Source of the DNA: a virus
Lineage: Duplodnaviria; Caudoviricetes
IMG/VR virus record: IMGVR_UViG_3300042444_000090
Coordinates: 1 to 61,111 of that record
Reading direction: 5' to 3' (one strand)
DNA length: 61,111 bases
This document shows positions 1-9,464 of this stretch, piece after piece (the stretch's first letter is position 1; the number at the start of each line of letters is the position of its first letter). The notes under the pieces were generated by a model, which was given only the letters and a program-made list of their open reading frames with translations, had not been told where the DNA came from and searched no databases. The position numbers were made by a program, and so were the translations under genes.

Positions 1-156
1 ACTTTGTCTTCTCCATCTTTGTTTGACCACGAAGACATGGCCTCATCCATTTTCTTGGAAAGGTTTTCCCCAAGGCTAACAAAGCCTTCGGGCAGTGAAA
101 TTTCTGATTTTTCGTATGGCATAATGTTAGCTTTCTATTGATCAATTTCCCACGTT
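1..156. repeat. Terminal direct repeat / circular assembly overlap (left copy)
   Basis: 1-156 matches 60956-61111 except C30 vs T60985 (synonymous TCG/TCA Ser in the 138-aa ORF). Confidence 0.95.
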
Positions 157-959
157 GCCTTGAAAACTGTAATTCCAGCATTTCCGTTGTTCGTAGAAGG
201 TTGGAAAAAGCCCATTTCCCAAGTGCTGTGTCCAATTGGGCCGTTTCCAACAGGAGCGCCAGAAATGCCTGCCGCCGTCACATTTGTCGGCTGATTGTAG
301 TTGATCGAATGCCAAAGCTGCGCCGTCCCATTGGTTCCAGTGTGCCGAATTGAAATGTTCTGCCGCTGAAAAACATCTCCAACTTCATGCCAAGCGCCAT
401 TGGTGCTGTTAGTCCCGTTATGCGCTATGAGCCTAATTCTATTTGTAAGCCCTACAGTAGTTTCAATTTCAAACCCTATGGCTTTGTTAGTTGGATAACT
501 TGCAATATTTGACATCGCTGTCTGTGTGTTGCCTCCAATTACAGACCGAAAAACGCTTCCATTAGATCGAACAATTCCATCCCATGTAATTTTGAATATT
601 TTAGGAGTATCCCATCTAGTTCCAACGCCTCCAGTTCCCATATTATCTACATTGCGATAAACCCTTGCGAGCGCTTCAGAATTCGTTGAACTTCCAGTTA
701 CTCCAAATTCTAGAGCAGAGTTATCATCATTCACTACAGTAGATACTCCCTGAACATAGGATTCAAGTCCTCCATAGTTAACTGGATATACAAAACTTGC
801 CGCCGTGTCTGCTGTTCCAGTTGCAAGGTTGTTGGCAGTAATGAAATTCGTTGGCCGCTGAACAACGCCATTAGAATTTGCCATTACTCCGACAAGCCCT
901 TGAGACATTGCCGTTGCCGCGCTAACAAACAGCGCCATCAGTACATTTTTAAGGATCAT
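135..959 (-). CDS. Beta-rich, Gly/Thr/Asn-rich protein with signal-peptide-like N-terminus (virion-associated or exported)
   Basis: 274-aa ORF overlapping tailspike end; N-terminus MILKNVLMALFVSAATAMSQ; lectin/jelly-roll-like composition. Confidence 0.6.
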   Translation of the reverse strand: MILKNVLMALFVSAATAMSQGLVGVMANSNGVVQRPTNFITANNLATGTADTAASFVYPVNYGGLESYVQGVSTVVNDDNSALEFGVTGSSTNSEALARVYRNVDNMGTGGVGTRWDTPKIFKITWDGIVRSNGSVFRSVIGGNTQTAMSNIASYPTNKAIGFEIETTVGLTNRIRLIAHNGTNSTNGAWHEVGDVFQRQNISIRHTGTNGTAQLWHSINYNQPTNVTAAGISGAPVGNGPIGHSTWEMGFFQPSTNNGNAGITVFKATWEIDQ

Positions 960-3900
960 ATGCTGCTAGTGGTTTCCATGATCCGCTGGCGCGAACATAG
1001 ACGGTTGTTGAGTGATCGCCATCAGACCTAATATAGATAGATCCTGTTGGCGCTGTTGCGCTAGGAACGCCAGTTCCATTAATGATTTGACCCGCTCCCA
1101 ATTGAATATTTCCGCGAGTCAATGCTAAAGCAATATCTTTGGTAAGCGTCAGTTCGGAAAAACTACTTATCGGCCCGTAAAATTCGTGATTGAACATCTC
1201 GCCAAATGTTCCGGGCGTAGTGATGGTAATTCCAGAAATCGTGAATGTATTCTGCGTTGCGTTAGAAACCGTTCTCACGCCATTAATTGAAGGCGTGCTA
1301 TTAGAGTCGCTAACGTAAATCTCGCATCCATTGTACAGACCGTGATTGTTAGAAGTAACAAGAGCATTCCCGCCACTGGCAGAAATAGAAGATATCTTCA
1401 AGGACGGTTTGGCGTCACATAGCGGAATTGCTCCTCTGTCGCTATATGAATAAATTTCGGAAATCATAAACCGCCCAAGCCAATCTTTCCAGTGATTAAA
1501 ATTCTGGACATAAAGGTCAAGATACGGCCTGCTTGTAGCCCTCATAAATCGTATTTTGCTAATAGGCACAGTATTGTCAGCGGCTCCATATGGCGCGAGT
1601 GGATTATATCTGACATTAATGCTGTTATTGTCTTGTGGAGAACAGCTAATATCAAACTCCAGACCCATTACCTTCACAACGCCACTACAAGTTTGATTAA
1701 TAATCGGAGCGTTTTCAAAACCATAGATAAACCGATACCATCCATTCGTTGTCGGAAGGAAATTGGCTGTATGTGACCTAATTCTAAGATCCGACCTGTT
1801 GGTGTATCCGTTCCTGTATGTATTTCCCTTGTTAGGCCCATCAACAATAAGGCAGCTTCCATTCTGACCGGCCATTAGGTAATCAAAATTATTGACCCAA
1901 TTGTCTTTGACAGTCATGTGCTGCCATCCAACAGTTGGCGAATCAGGGTTGAAAAAAACTATAGCGGCTTTTGTTCCGTGACCATCAATGATAGCAGAAG
2001 TGCCTGCCTGTGTAATTTGGCGATATGGATATTTGAATGTGTTCGGCGTTACATCCCTTGCAAAGAAGTCTCCATAAACTTCTCCAACGGTGTTAGATCC
2101 GCTAATCCAGAGCGACTGCCCTTCTGTATATCCGTGATTGGCGAGCGTGATCAATACAGCATCGCCACCTCCCCAAGTTGTTGGAGTAAGCGAGGTAGCA
2201 AACTTTCTTCTGCTTAAATTTCTGGCAACACAGTCAAATTTGTTATTAGTGATCGTCGCATAATCAACGCCAGCAAAGACACAGGCTCCTACAAGAAGCT
2301 GATCTTGATACTGGAAGGTATTGCCATCAACAATAGATCCCTGCTGGCGCAGCATAATTGGAAGAGTTCCCCCATTATATTGAGGCGTCAAATATTGCTG
2401 TTTCGGCGTGAAGTAGCTGGAAAACACATTGTTTGATATAATGGTGCTTCCCTTAACGCCTAAACTTCCCTCGTCGTTGCAATCCATGAGCCAGCTTGAA
2501 TTGTAAACGATGTTATTAGTAAATACCCCACGCGCTCGTTTATTTCTGAATGTGGGGGAATCCGTTGCACATGGGCAATCAGGATTAACGCCCGGCTCCC
2601 TGACAACCAATTGACTGTTAAACGTACAGCCATCAACAATGGTTGTATTCTCTCTAATATTATTAAACAGCGTGAAGTACCCTCCTTGTGTAATCACTGT
2701 TCCCGGGGCCAACGGTTGATATACGTACTCATAACTTTGACCAACCCAATACTGCGCTTCATCTAAGCGAGTGACGGTCAATGTTGTGCCGTTTGTAGCA
2801 ACCTGTGCCGCTGTCAAATTTTGCGTAGATTGATACACGCCGCAAAACTCTGACGCAGGCCACGTATTACGGAAAACTACAAAAATATCGCCAATCCGAA
2901 GATCTGTCAGATTCGGAGGGCCAAAATTCCAGCCATTAAGCGTGATGGTTACATTAGATCCGATGGCGGGTTGCGTATATGCAGCAGTAAATCCTGCAAC
3001 AGCACCTTCTCCTGTGATTTCAGAGATCAAAACTTCGATTGCATAGTTTCTAAATGTGCAACCACTAAACGTCTGATTGATGGCGCAAACATAATTGAAG
3101 CCATCTTTCGGGCCATTAACATCATTCGGGATAATGCCGTCTCTAGATCCCTCACCATAACAGTTAATCCATTTTGCATTTCTAACCCATTGGCTCAAAT
3201 TAACAGTTTGTCCTGACGCCTCTGGATATGAAGAAAGAGCAGGGTCGGTTGAGCCATACAAAATGCAAGATGCGTATGGATATAAAAATTCGCAGTTTGA
3301 CCATTCAACATTTTCTATTTTCCCGTACGTATCGCGCTGCCAGCCGGGGCCGGGGAAAATGTTTCTGATATATCCGAAATATTGACAGTTAACGAATTGG
3401 CAATTTCTGAAAGCCACCATTTCAATTGGATCCGTGCTAACGGGATACATAGTGAATCCCCAAGCGGTATACCAGTTGGAGCGCCGTTGATCGTCCCACT
3501 CTATTCGGAGATCTTCAAATACAATTCTTCTGGCTCTAGTATTTACTGCGAACATTGGCCCACAATTCGGATCAGTGGTATTGGTTCCCCAAATGCGCGC
3601 CCCATTTCCTCTTATTGTAAGGCACGTATTGACGGTTCCATTTCTAATTTCAATACAGTTTGCCCCCTGAGCAGAGCCGGGGTACTTTGCCGTAGACGCT
3701 TTGAATTGATCTACCCAATACGATTTGGGTTCAAATTCAACAACGGAAATGCCTTTTGTTACTGCGTAGTCCACAGCGGCCTGAATAGCTGCGCTGTCTT
3801 CGTATCCCCAATAAACGCGCTTGTTAGTGACATTTGCCTGAGCGTTTACGTTAAGGCGAACCTGTGTTGTTGAAACAACCTGAGTAATCGTTCCGCGCAA

Positions 3901-5025
3901 ATTTTGCCTTTCAGGAATGTATGCATTTGCATTTCCTGCTCCACGGACTTCCATAATAAGTCCAACGTCTCCTGCCACAAAATTTGCTCCAGTTACGGTT
4001 ACCAAATTACTGCCAGAGGACATTGCCGCTGTGTCTGCCTGCTTGAAACTTCCTTTTGCTCCGAAATCTTCGACCTTGACGCTATCGGCAAAACGATCTT
4101 CCAAATAGCGCGGAGTAGTAGTTCCCTGAGTTGTGATTGGGCCAATCGACAAAGATGGCAAACTTTGCCAGACCGCAGGCGCTCCATTTGGAGGGGCTGT
4201 TAAAACTTGCTGAATAGGGCCACCGGGCAGCGCGGGAAGTTCTTTTGGAATGATTCCCCACGTTGGGGCTGCATTAAGTCCTGCAGAAGTAAGATATTTC
4301 GTACCCGGCAACGGATCTGACGGAAGCTGTGTGAAGGCTTGCCACAAAACAGACCCGTTGAGTGACGTAAGTTGATATAGGCCAGAAGGAGGAATTGCAG
4401 GAACAGTCAATTTCGTTGCCAATTGGGCAAGCAAATATGCGAGCCAAGCGCCAACGGTTTGCGTTTGGCTGCTTCCTGTCGGTGTCGCATCGCTTTGAGT
4501 GACATCCTGAATAACTCCGGGGGGCTGATATCCAAGATTTACAATACTAATAATCGCTCCATTCGCTGGAGGAGTGACAAATACTATGTTGACAGGAGTC
4601 GTATTAGAAATTGTGTACTGCGAAATCGGGCGCTGAACTAAGCCATTGACTTGAACTAGATAACTTGACGCCAACGTGTTTACGCTAGGAGAAAGCGCAA
4701 AAGTATTTAGAGCGCCAGTTCCAGTATAAGACCAATACTGAAACGGAGAATATTGACCTACAGTATTCTGGAAAATCCGCATGAGATAACACAGGAGTCC
4801 TTCTCCTTCTTCTCGCGGAATAGTGGGAACCTCTGCAGGGCTTTGAGTAGGATCACATGGAATATCCCAAACAACGCGACCACCAGAAACTGTTTTTGTA
4901 ATTTCTCCGTAGAGCGAATCAACCAAGTTATCAATCAGGGAAGGAACACTTTCATGCTGAACCGTTGGATAAGGCGTGTCGGGGCAGCAGGAGTTTTTGT
5001 AAATGTTATTGTCGTTGCATGACAT
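949..5025 (-). CDS. Tailspike / tail fibre with pectate-lyase-like beta-helix (putative polysaccharide depolymerase)
   Basis: 1358 aa; RYLEDRFADSVKVEDFGAKG and DSAAIQAAVD motifs, beta-helix repeats, C-terminal GTGVPSATAPTGSIYIRSDG motif. Confidence 0.85.
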   Translation of the reverse strand: MSCNDNNIYKNSCCPDTPYPTVQHESVPSLIDNLVDSLYGEITKTVSGGRVVWDIPCDPTQSPAEVPTIPREEGEGLLCYLMRIFQNTVGQYSPFQYWSYTGTGALNTFALSPSVNTLASSYLVQVNGLVQRPISQYTISNTTPVNIVFVTPPANGAIISIVNLGYQPPGVIQDVTQSDATPTGSSQTQTVGAWLAYLLAQLATKLTVPAIPPSGLYQLTSLNGSVLWQAFTQLPSDPLPGTKYLTSAGLNAAPTWGIIPKELPALPGGPIQQVLTAPPNGAPAVWQSLPSLSIGPITTQGTTTPRYLEDRFADSVKVEDFGAKGSFKQADTAAMSSGSNLVTVTGANFVAGDVGLIMEVRGAGNANAYIPERQNLRGTITQVVSTTQVRLNVNAQANVTNKRVYWGYEDSAAIQAAVDYAVTKGISVVEFEPKSYWVDQFKASTAKYPGSAQGANCIEIRNGTVNTCLTIRGNGARIWGTNTTDPNCGPMFAVNTRARRIVFEDLRIEWDDQRRSNWYTAWGFTMYPVSTDPIEMVAFRNCQFVNCQYFGYIRNIFPGPGWQRDTYGKIENVEWSNCEFLYPYASCILYGSTDPALSSYPEASGQTVNLSQWVRNAKWINCYGEGSRDGIIPNDVNGPKDGFNYVCAINQTFSGCTFRNYAIEVLISEITGEGAVAGFTAAYTQPAIGSNVTITLNGWNFGPPNLTDLRIGDIFVVFRNTWPASEFCGVYQSTQNLTAAQVATNGTTLTVTRLDEAQYWVGQSYEYVYQPLAPGTVITQGGYFTLFNNIRENTTIVDGCTFNSQLVVREPGVNPDCPCATDSPTFRNKRARGVFTNNIVYNSSWLMDCNDEGSLGVKGSTIISNNVFSSYFTPKQQYLTPQYNGGTLPIMLRQQGSIVDGNTFQYQDQLLVGACVFAGVDYATITNNKFDCVARNLSRRKFATSLTPTTWGGGDAVLITLANHGYTEGQSLWISGSNTVGEVYGDFFARDVTPNTFKYPYRQITQAGTSAIIDGHGTKAAIVFFNPDSPTVGWQHMTVKDNWVNNFDYLMAGQNGSCLIVDGPNKGNTYRNGYTNRSDLRIRSHTANFLPTTNGWYRFIYGFENAPIINQTCSGVVKVMGLEFDISCSPQDNNSINVRYNPLAPYGAADNTVPISKIRFMRATSRPYLDLYVQNFNHWKDWLGRFMISEIYSYSDRGAIPLCDAKPSLKISSISASGGNALVTSNNHGLYNGCEIYVSDSNSTPSINGVRTVSNATQNTFTISGITITTPGTFGEMFNHEFYGPISSFSELTLTKDIALALTRGNIQLGAGQIINGTGVPSATAPTGSIYIRSDGDHSTTVYVRASGSWKPLAAYDP

Positions 5026-5039
5026 ATGTTTGATCCTCG

Positions 5040-5600
5040 TTAGGCGTTTTCTACAAGCAAGTATGGAATGGTTTTCTGTCCATAGCGATCCATTTCTCCG
5101 TAGACCAGATTAATAAATGCGGCCCATTGGGAGGGGTAAATCGTTTGGCACCCGGCGGATGACGTAGACGTATAAGATCCTTTATGGATGTTAATCGCGA
5201 CTCCAACGCCATCGTAATAGCTATCGGTTTTGGCGTTGTATCGACTCACTGGCAAAGTTTCGCCCTGCGTAGCAGGGCGCAGGGCAGGATATCCAGACCC
5301 TCTGGATATTCCATGCCTGCCCTTTTTATAACGGTGAACTCCCGCTTTCAGCGTAGCAACGGCGGGTTTCAACCGTGATGGGTCGGTATTGGCATTGAAT
5401 GATGCATACGCCTGTGGCGACAAGATGAAAATCCCGTCATCATATATGCCAATATCGTTGCGATTTCTCTTCCCCATCGAATTTTTGTAATAGCCCCTGA
5501 TCCCCACCAAAGCTACCTGATCGGTAATGCCAGCCTTCTTCAGAAGCCTTTCGGTTTCCTTGCGGCTTTGCAGCGGCTTTGATGGGGGAACTATCTTCAT
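5040..5600 (-). CDS. Putative endolysin (YkuD/L,D-transpeptidase-like fold)
   Basis: INIHKG...TSSAGCQTI His/Cys motif; LVGIRG, NTDPS motifs; adjacent to holin. Confidence 0.7.
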   Translation of the reverse strand: MKIVPPSKPLQSRKETERLLKKAGITDQVALVGIRGYYKNSMGKRNRNDIGIYDDGIFILSPQAYASFNANTDPSRLKPAVATLKAGVHRYKKGRHGISRGSGYPALRPATQGETLPVSRYNAKTDSYYDGVGVAINIHKGSYTSTSSAGCQTIYPSQWAAFINLVYGEMDRYGQKTIPYLLVENA

Positions 5601-5776
5601 TTGTTGCCCTTGCGGACTACGTTGATCAGGCCGACGAGCGACAGGCCAACGGCAATAATTTGACCCTGCAATTCAGGCTCAAGACGGACTCCAGCGGCTG
5701 TTGCAAGCATGATGAGTCCTCTCCAAGTTGAATTTTCGGTCAATCGTTCCAGAACGGTTTGAATGAGTTTATTCAT
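5597..5776 (-). CDS. Holin (59 aa, below ORF-track cutoff)
   Basis: Hand translation MNKLIQTVLERLTENSTWRGLIMLATAAGVRLEPELQGQIIAVGLSLVGLINVVRKGNK; two hydrophobic segments, basic C-terminus, ATGA coupling at both ends. Confidence 0.75.
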   Translation of the reverse strand: MNKLIQTVLERLTENSTWRGLIMLATAAGVRLEPELQGQIIAVGLSLVGLINVVRKGNK

Positions 5777-5994
5777 TTTGATGATGTAGGTTTAGGTTGT
5801 TGTTTGCTCCAGAGATAATCTATCGCTCCAGAGACATTCGGTATGAAGACGAGCTTCATTTCAAGTCTTCCAAGTTTACCAGAGTTTTCTCCTGCAGGGG
5901 GAATCGGGATACTTACGCAAGAAGACAGTAACATCGCTGTAATAATTGCCAGAATGACAAGAAGAAGCATTGTCGCTGCCGTTTTTGGTTTCAT
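5773..5994 (-). CDS. Small lipoprotein, spanin-like
   Basis: Hydrophobic signal then lipobox LLSSC; in lysis cassette. Confidence 0.6.
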   Translation of the reverse strand: MKPKTAATMLLLVILAIITAMLLSSCVSIPIPPAGENSGKLGRLEMKLVFIPNVSGAIDYLWSKQQPKPTSSK

Positions 5995-6284
5995 CCTCCA
6001 GTTAAGCGCCTTTCTACTCGCTCCATTAGGGCTGTGTTCAAACTGATGGTCTTATGCGCCGTTCCGATTACTTCCAGCATATCTTTGTTAGCAATTTTAA
6101 GATGATTGATAAACTCAATGGATTGATCGTCCATCCGTTTCTGCAAGATATCGATGCGGCCAGTGAAATATTTGAAGAGCCAAAATGCTGAGAAAAGCCC
6201 AATCACAATTAGTGCGACAAAAAGCCATCGGTCACTTTGAGATGCCGCAACTGTTGCTGTTTCAATTACTGTTTGAGGATTCAT
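5991..6284 (-). CDS. Membrane protein, one TM helix plus coiled coil (lysis accessory)
   Basis: WLFVALIVIGLFSAFWLF TM segment followed by heptad-like tail. Confidence 0.55.
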   Translation of the reverse strand: MNPQTVIETATVAASQSDRWLFVALIVIGLFSAFWLFKYFTGRIDILQKRMDDQSIEFINHLKIANKDMLEVIGTAHKTISLNTALMERVERRLTGG

Positions 6285-6289
6285 TGGTA

Positions 6290-6664
6290 CTACGAGTTAA
6301 GAATTGTGAGAGCTTCTTGAACAATTTCTTCAAACGGATACGGAGCATTTGCCCAAAATAGTTTATCTTGAGGGTTCATTGCGTATTCCATAAGGATTCC
6401 ATCGATCCACGTTCTGGCAGCATTGAGCTTTGGTGAAGTTTTTCCAGCAGCTTGCAGCTTCTTCTCTAGATCAGAAAGGGTTAAAAGCCTTAATGAGGTA
6501 AATCCTTGATATCTGAGCCATTCTTCAGCGCCCATTCCATAATACTCATCTTCTTGGCCTGTTGGCTGGCCCTGAGCATTATAGAATATCTTTAGATACC
6601 CTGTCTTTTGATCTCCTGAAGGGTCTGTGTAGGTATAGGTTTGGATTTGGTATGTATCACTCAT
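6290..6664 (-). CDS. Hypothetical protein (fibre-associated)
   Basis: ORF coupled (ATGA) to upstream fibre-like gene; start taken at MSDTYQ. Confidence 0.55.
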   Translation of the reverse strand: MSDTYQIQTYTYTDPSGDQKTGYLKIFYNAQGQPTGQEDEYYGMGAEEWLRYQGFTSLRLLTLSDLEKKLQAAGKTSPKLNAARTWIDGILMEYAMNPQDKLFWANAPYPFEEIVQEALTILNS

Positions 6665-7941
6665 GTGCGTACCCAAAATAGATTTGCGTAATGCCTGACA
6701 GCAGTAGGAGCCGTTGTGTGACTTGGCACAATCACGTAAAACGCATATTCGTCAGTAGTGTTTACAGCGATGCTCAATCCAGAATTTTGATAAGAAGACT
6801 GTGCAGAAGCATAATTTAGACCAGTAAATCCAAAGCTACTGAATACTGCAGTGGTTTTATTATATATTCCAATTGTTGCAGTGGTTGCATGGCCTGCTCC
6901 GACAGTGCCTCCTACTGAAATCGTTGCATTGGCCGCAACAATAGTGCCTGCATAAGGGAATCGGAATCCACGCTCAGTAGGTGAAATAGCGGCAACGGCA
7001 TCGTGCGGATATCCGAAATAGTATGTTTGCCCTCCAAGCGCTGGACTCAATCCAGTAGCATGATGTCCTCCAATAGTTGCCGGGGCATTTACGTTGCTTG
7101 CCGTAGGCGTGACGTTTCTCCAAAGAGATCCATCATATCGCAAAATCTGACCCGAAACAGCGCCAGAGATCAAAACGTCATGTAGCTCATCTAGTTCATA
7201 CCCATTTTGAACTTTGACGTAAGCAATGCCGTTTCCTGCGTTAGCTCGCTCTACAACTCCAAGAAATACGCTATGAGCAGGGGCAACAGGTTTTGTACGT
7301 TGATAGCCGCCATTTGTTCCTAAATAAATTGGATCGCCGTCTACAAATGGTGAGCCAAGATTGAGTTGATCCATCGATCCGTATAGGGTGATGGTTCCTT
7401 GAGCATTCGGAGCCAAACTTGCATCCCGAATAAATCCGATTGTAGTGGCAGATGTCGCATCAGAAGTGTTACTTGCTCGTTTTACCGATAGCTTGTTTCC
7501 GACAGAGCCAAACGCATACACAACAGTTCCTCGCGTTAGCGTCACCGAATCGGCGTTGACAACGGTTGCAATTAGATGGTCAGCGTCTCCAGTTCCACCA
7601 GTAACAGCAGCTTGAACAAAAGCTGTAGTGGCAAGTTGATTTGTGCTGGTTCCGGGTGCTGCTGTAGGGGCGAGCGGAACTCCCGTCAAAGACACATTGG
7701 TCTTGACCGTTGGATTCGGATAAGTTCCAGCTAAATCTCCTCCTGCCGTTCCAGACGGCGCTGTGCCATTTGTGGCGATGTAATTAAGCGCATATAGCAC
7801 TAAATGCCTAAAATCAGAGGTGCTTAGAATGGGCGGTTGTAGATTCAAATCGCCGGGGCCACCAATCGCGTTTAACAATTCCAATACCAACTGCTGGTAC
7901 TGAGACGTGCTCAAATTAGGAGGTATCGGAGAATACGGCAT
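6661..7941 (-). CDS. Virion fibre / head decoration-like structural protein
   Basis: 426 aa Gly/Thr/Ala-rich; AGGDLAGTYPNPTV, APTAAPGTSTNQLATTAFV, ELDELHDVLI..GQILRYDGSLWRN fibre motifs; directly after capsid gene. Confidence 0.7.
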   Translation of the reverse strand: MPYSPIPPNLSTSQYQQLVLELLNAIGGPGDLNLQPPILSTSDFRHLVLYALNYIATNGTAPSGTAGGDLAGTYPNPTVKTNVSLTGVPLAPTAAPGTSTNQLATTAFVQAAVTGGTGDADHLIATVVNADSVTLTRGTVVYAFGSVGNKLSVKRASNTSDATSATTIGFIRDASLAPNAQGTITLYGSMDQLNLGSPFVDGDPIYLGTNGGYQRTKPVAPAHSVFLGVVERANAGNGIAYVKVQNGYELDELHDVLISGAVSGQILRYDGSLWRNVTPTASNVNAPATIGGHHATGLSPALGGQTYYFGYPHDAVAAISPTERGFRFPYAGTIVAANATISVGGTVGAGHATTATIGIYNKTTAVFSSFGFTGLNYASAQSSYQNSGLSIAVNTTDEYAFYVIVPSHTTAPTAVRHYANLFWVRT

Positions 7942-7973
7942 GACTCTAATAGATTCTGAATTTCACCTGATAG

Positions 7974-8002
7974 GGCGGGGGAGCGATTGCTCGCCCCCCG
8001 CC
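7974..8002 (-). terminator. GC-rich hairpin after major capsid gene (terminator or processing stem)
   Basis: GGCGGGGGGCGA-GCAA-TCGCTCCCCCGCC on minus strand; GNRA loop; no strong U tail. Confidence 0.55.
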
Positions 8003-8022
8003 GTGATCAAGTGACTTCCAAA

Positions 8023-9231
8023 TTAGAGGCCAGTGGTGCTGGTCGAGCAGGGAAGCGGCAGACCGTCAAACGGGCAGCGCTTGTACACGATAGCACAGAC
8101 GTTCTGCGGACGAATCGGCTGAATCGCACGGCTGATTTGGTAGATGTGCTGACCAAAATCGCCATACAGGTTACAGTCGTTGTCGCGGAAGTACGTCCAC
8201 TCCAGTTCACCCATCGCAAGCTGCGGGGCAAACTTGAAGGTTCCTTCACCAGTGTAGCTCTCAGGAACCAGACGCTTGAACGCCTCACCAGCAATGACGA
8301 ACATGACTTCGTACGGAGCGTTCACCCAAGCCGGGTTACGGCGCTGAGCGAATCCGTTGGTCACGGCGCTGCTGATGATCGGGTTAACAAGCACAAGGTT
8401 GCCGCTGCCATCGAATCCAGTGGCGCGGAGAGGCTGTTGGTCGATACCAAAAGCGAATCCACGGTAGCCCATGAATTGATAGCCAGAGATGCTCTCTTCG
8501 CCCAAGCGGAAGGAGCCAGCAGACAGGTAATTCAGATCTTCCTTAACGTCCGCATCGTTGCGGAAGTTTTCGATCTGGTCTGCGGACGCCATAACTTGGA
8601 AGAACTCGCCATCGCGGGTAGCGAAAGGCTCAGCGAGCATTTCCTCACGCATGAACGTGCCGATCTTGTAGAGCGACTTGAAGTTCATCGGGCCGTCAGG
8701 GAGCGTAGGCGCAAACAGGGTATTAATCTGCTGCATATCGCCCGTCAGGTTTTGCGAGAAGGTCTTCGTGCTGTTAACGGTGAACTTAATGCCGCTCTGC
8801 TTCAGGTACTGGAAGCGGATGTCAGCATTGATGATCTGAAGGATCGATTTCTCAAGAGAAACCTGAGCCTGCAAATAACTACCCTTAAAGGCAGTGCGAG
8901 CTTGCTTCACGCAGACGCGAGGGCCAGCACCACGGAGGGTCTGAAGCTGGAATTGGTATTCCGTGCTTCCGACCTGATCAGGGGTTGCACCAACGCCGCA
9001 AAGCGTAGTGTCGTTAACGAATTCGGGCTGAGCCAAAGAGGCTGCAGGAACCGCCATTTCTTCGACAACGGAACGGACAACGTCAGAGACGTTAGGAAGC
9101 GTTCCACCATCGATGGAGTTAATATAGGGCGATTTGCGCGCAAGAACGCGACCAATCTGCCCAATGATACGATTGACATCTTTGGAGGCGAAATTTTGGA
9201 TCGTCGCCAAAGGAATACAGTCATTAGCCAT
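8023..9231 (-). CDS. Major capsid protein
   Basis: 402 aa, strongly biased codons (open antisense frame), downstream of portal/scaffold, long leader and 3' hairpin. Confidence 0.8.
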   Translation of the reverse strand: MANDCIPLATIQNFASKDVNRIIGQIGRVLARKSPYINSIDGGTLPNVSDVVRSVVEEMAVPAASLAQPEFVNDTTLCGVGATPDQVGSTEYQFQLQTLRGAGPRVCVKQARTAFKGSYLQAQVSLEKSILQIINADIRFQYLKQSGIKFTVNSTKTFSQNLTGDMQQINTLFAPTLPDGPMNFKSLYKIGTFMREEMLAEPFATRDGEFFQVMASADQIENFRNDADVKEDLNYLSAGSFRLGEESISGYQFMGYRGFAFGIDQQPLRATGFDGSGNLVLVNPIISSAVTNGFAQRRNPAWVNAPYEVMFVIAGEAFKRLVPESYTGEGTFKFAPQLAMGELEWTYFRDNDCNLYGDFGQHIYQISRAIQPIRPQNVCAIVYKRCPFDGLPLPCSTSTTGL

Positions 9232-9293
9232 AGTTTTAGGATTTTATTAGGTTTTAAGGTTTTTGCCCCTAATCCCGTCCCAAAACTTTTCGG

Positions 9294-9448
9294 GGCGACA
9301 TTAGAAGCGGTTAAATTCCCACGGGTGCAGGAAAATGCTTTCTCTAGTCGCACCCGGCACGTTGGTGCTTTGTTTTCGGCCTGTCTTGCAGCGCTGATGA
9401 CCGCTGCTGGTCGCTGCTATAACGGAAGCAGTATCCCGATCTGTCGCC
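9294..9448 (-). ncRNA. Candidate structured RNA / 5' leader of capsid gene
   Basis: Closing pair 9294-9300/9442-9448 encloses several internal stems; TTGACA just upstream at 9473-9478 (minus). Confidence 0.4.
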
Positions 9449-9464
9449 ACAAGTAGTGACTTAT

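Noticed and set aside
7987-9456. 489-aa + strand ORF
   Set aside because: Antisense shadow of the codon-biased capsid gene; no recognisable motifs
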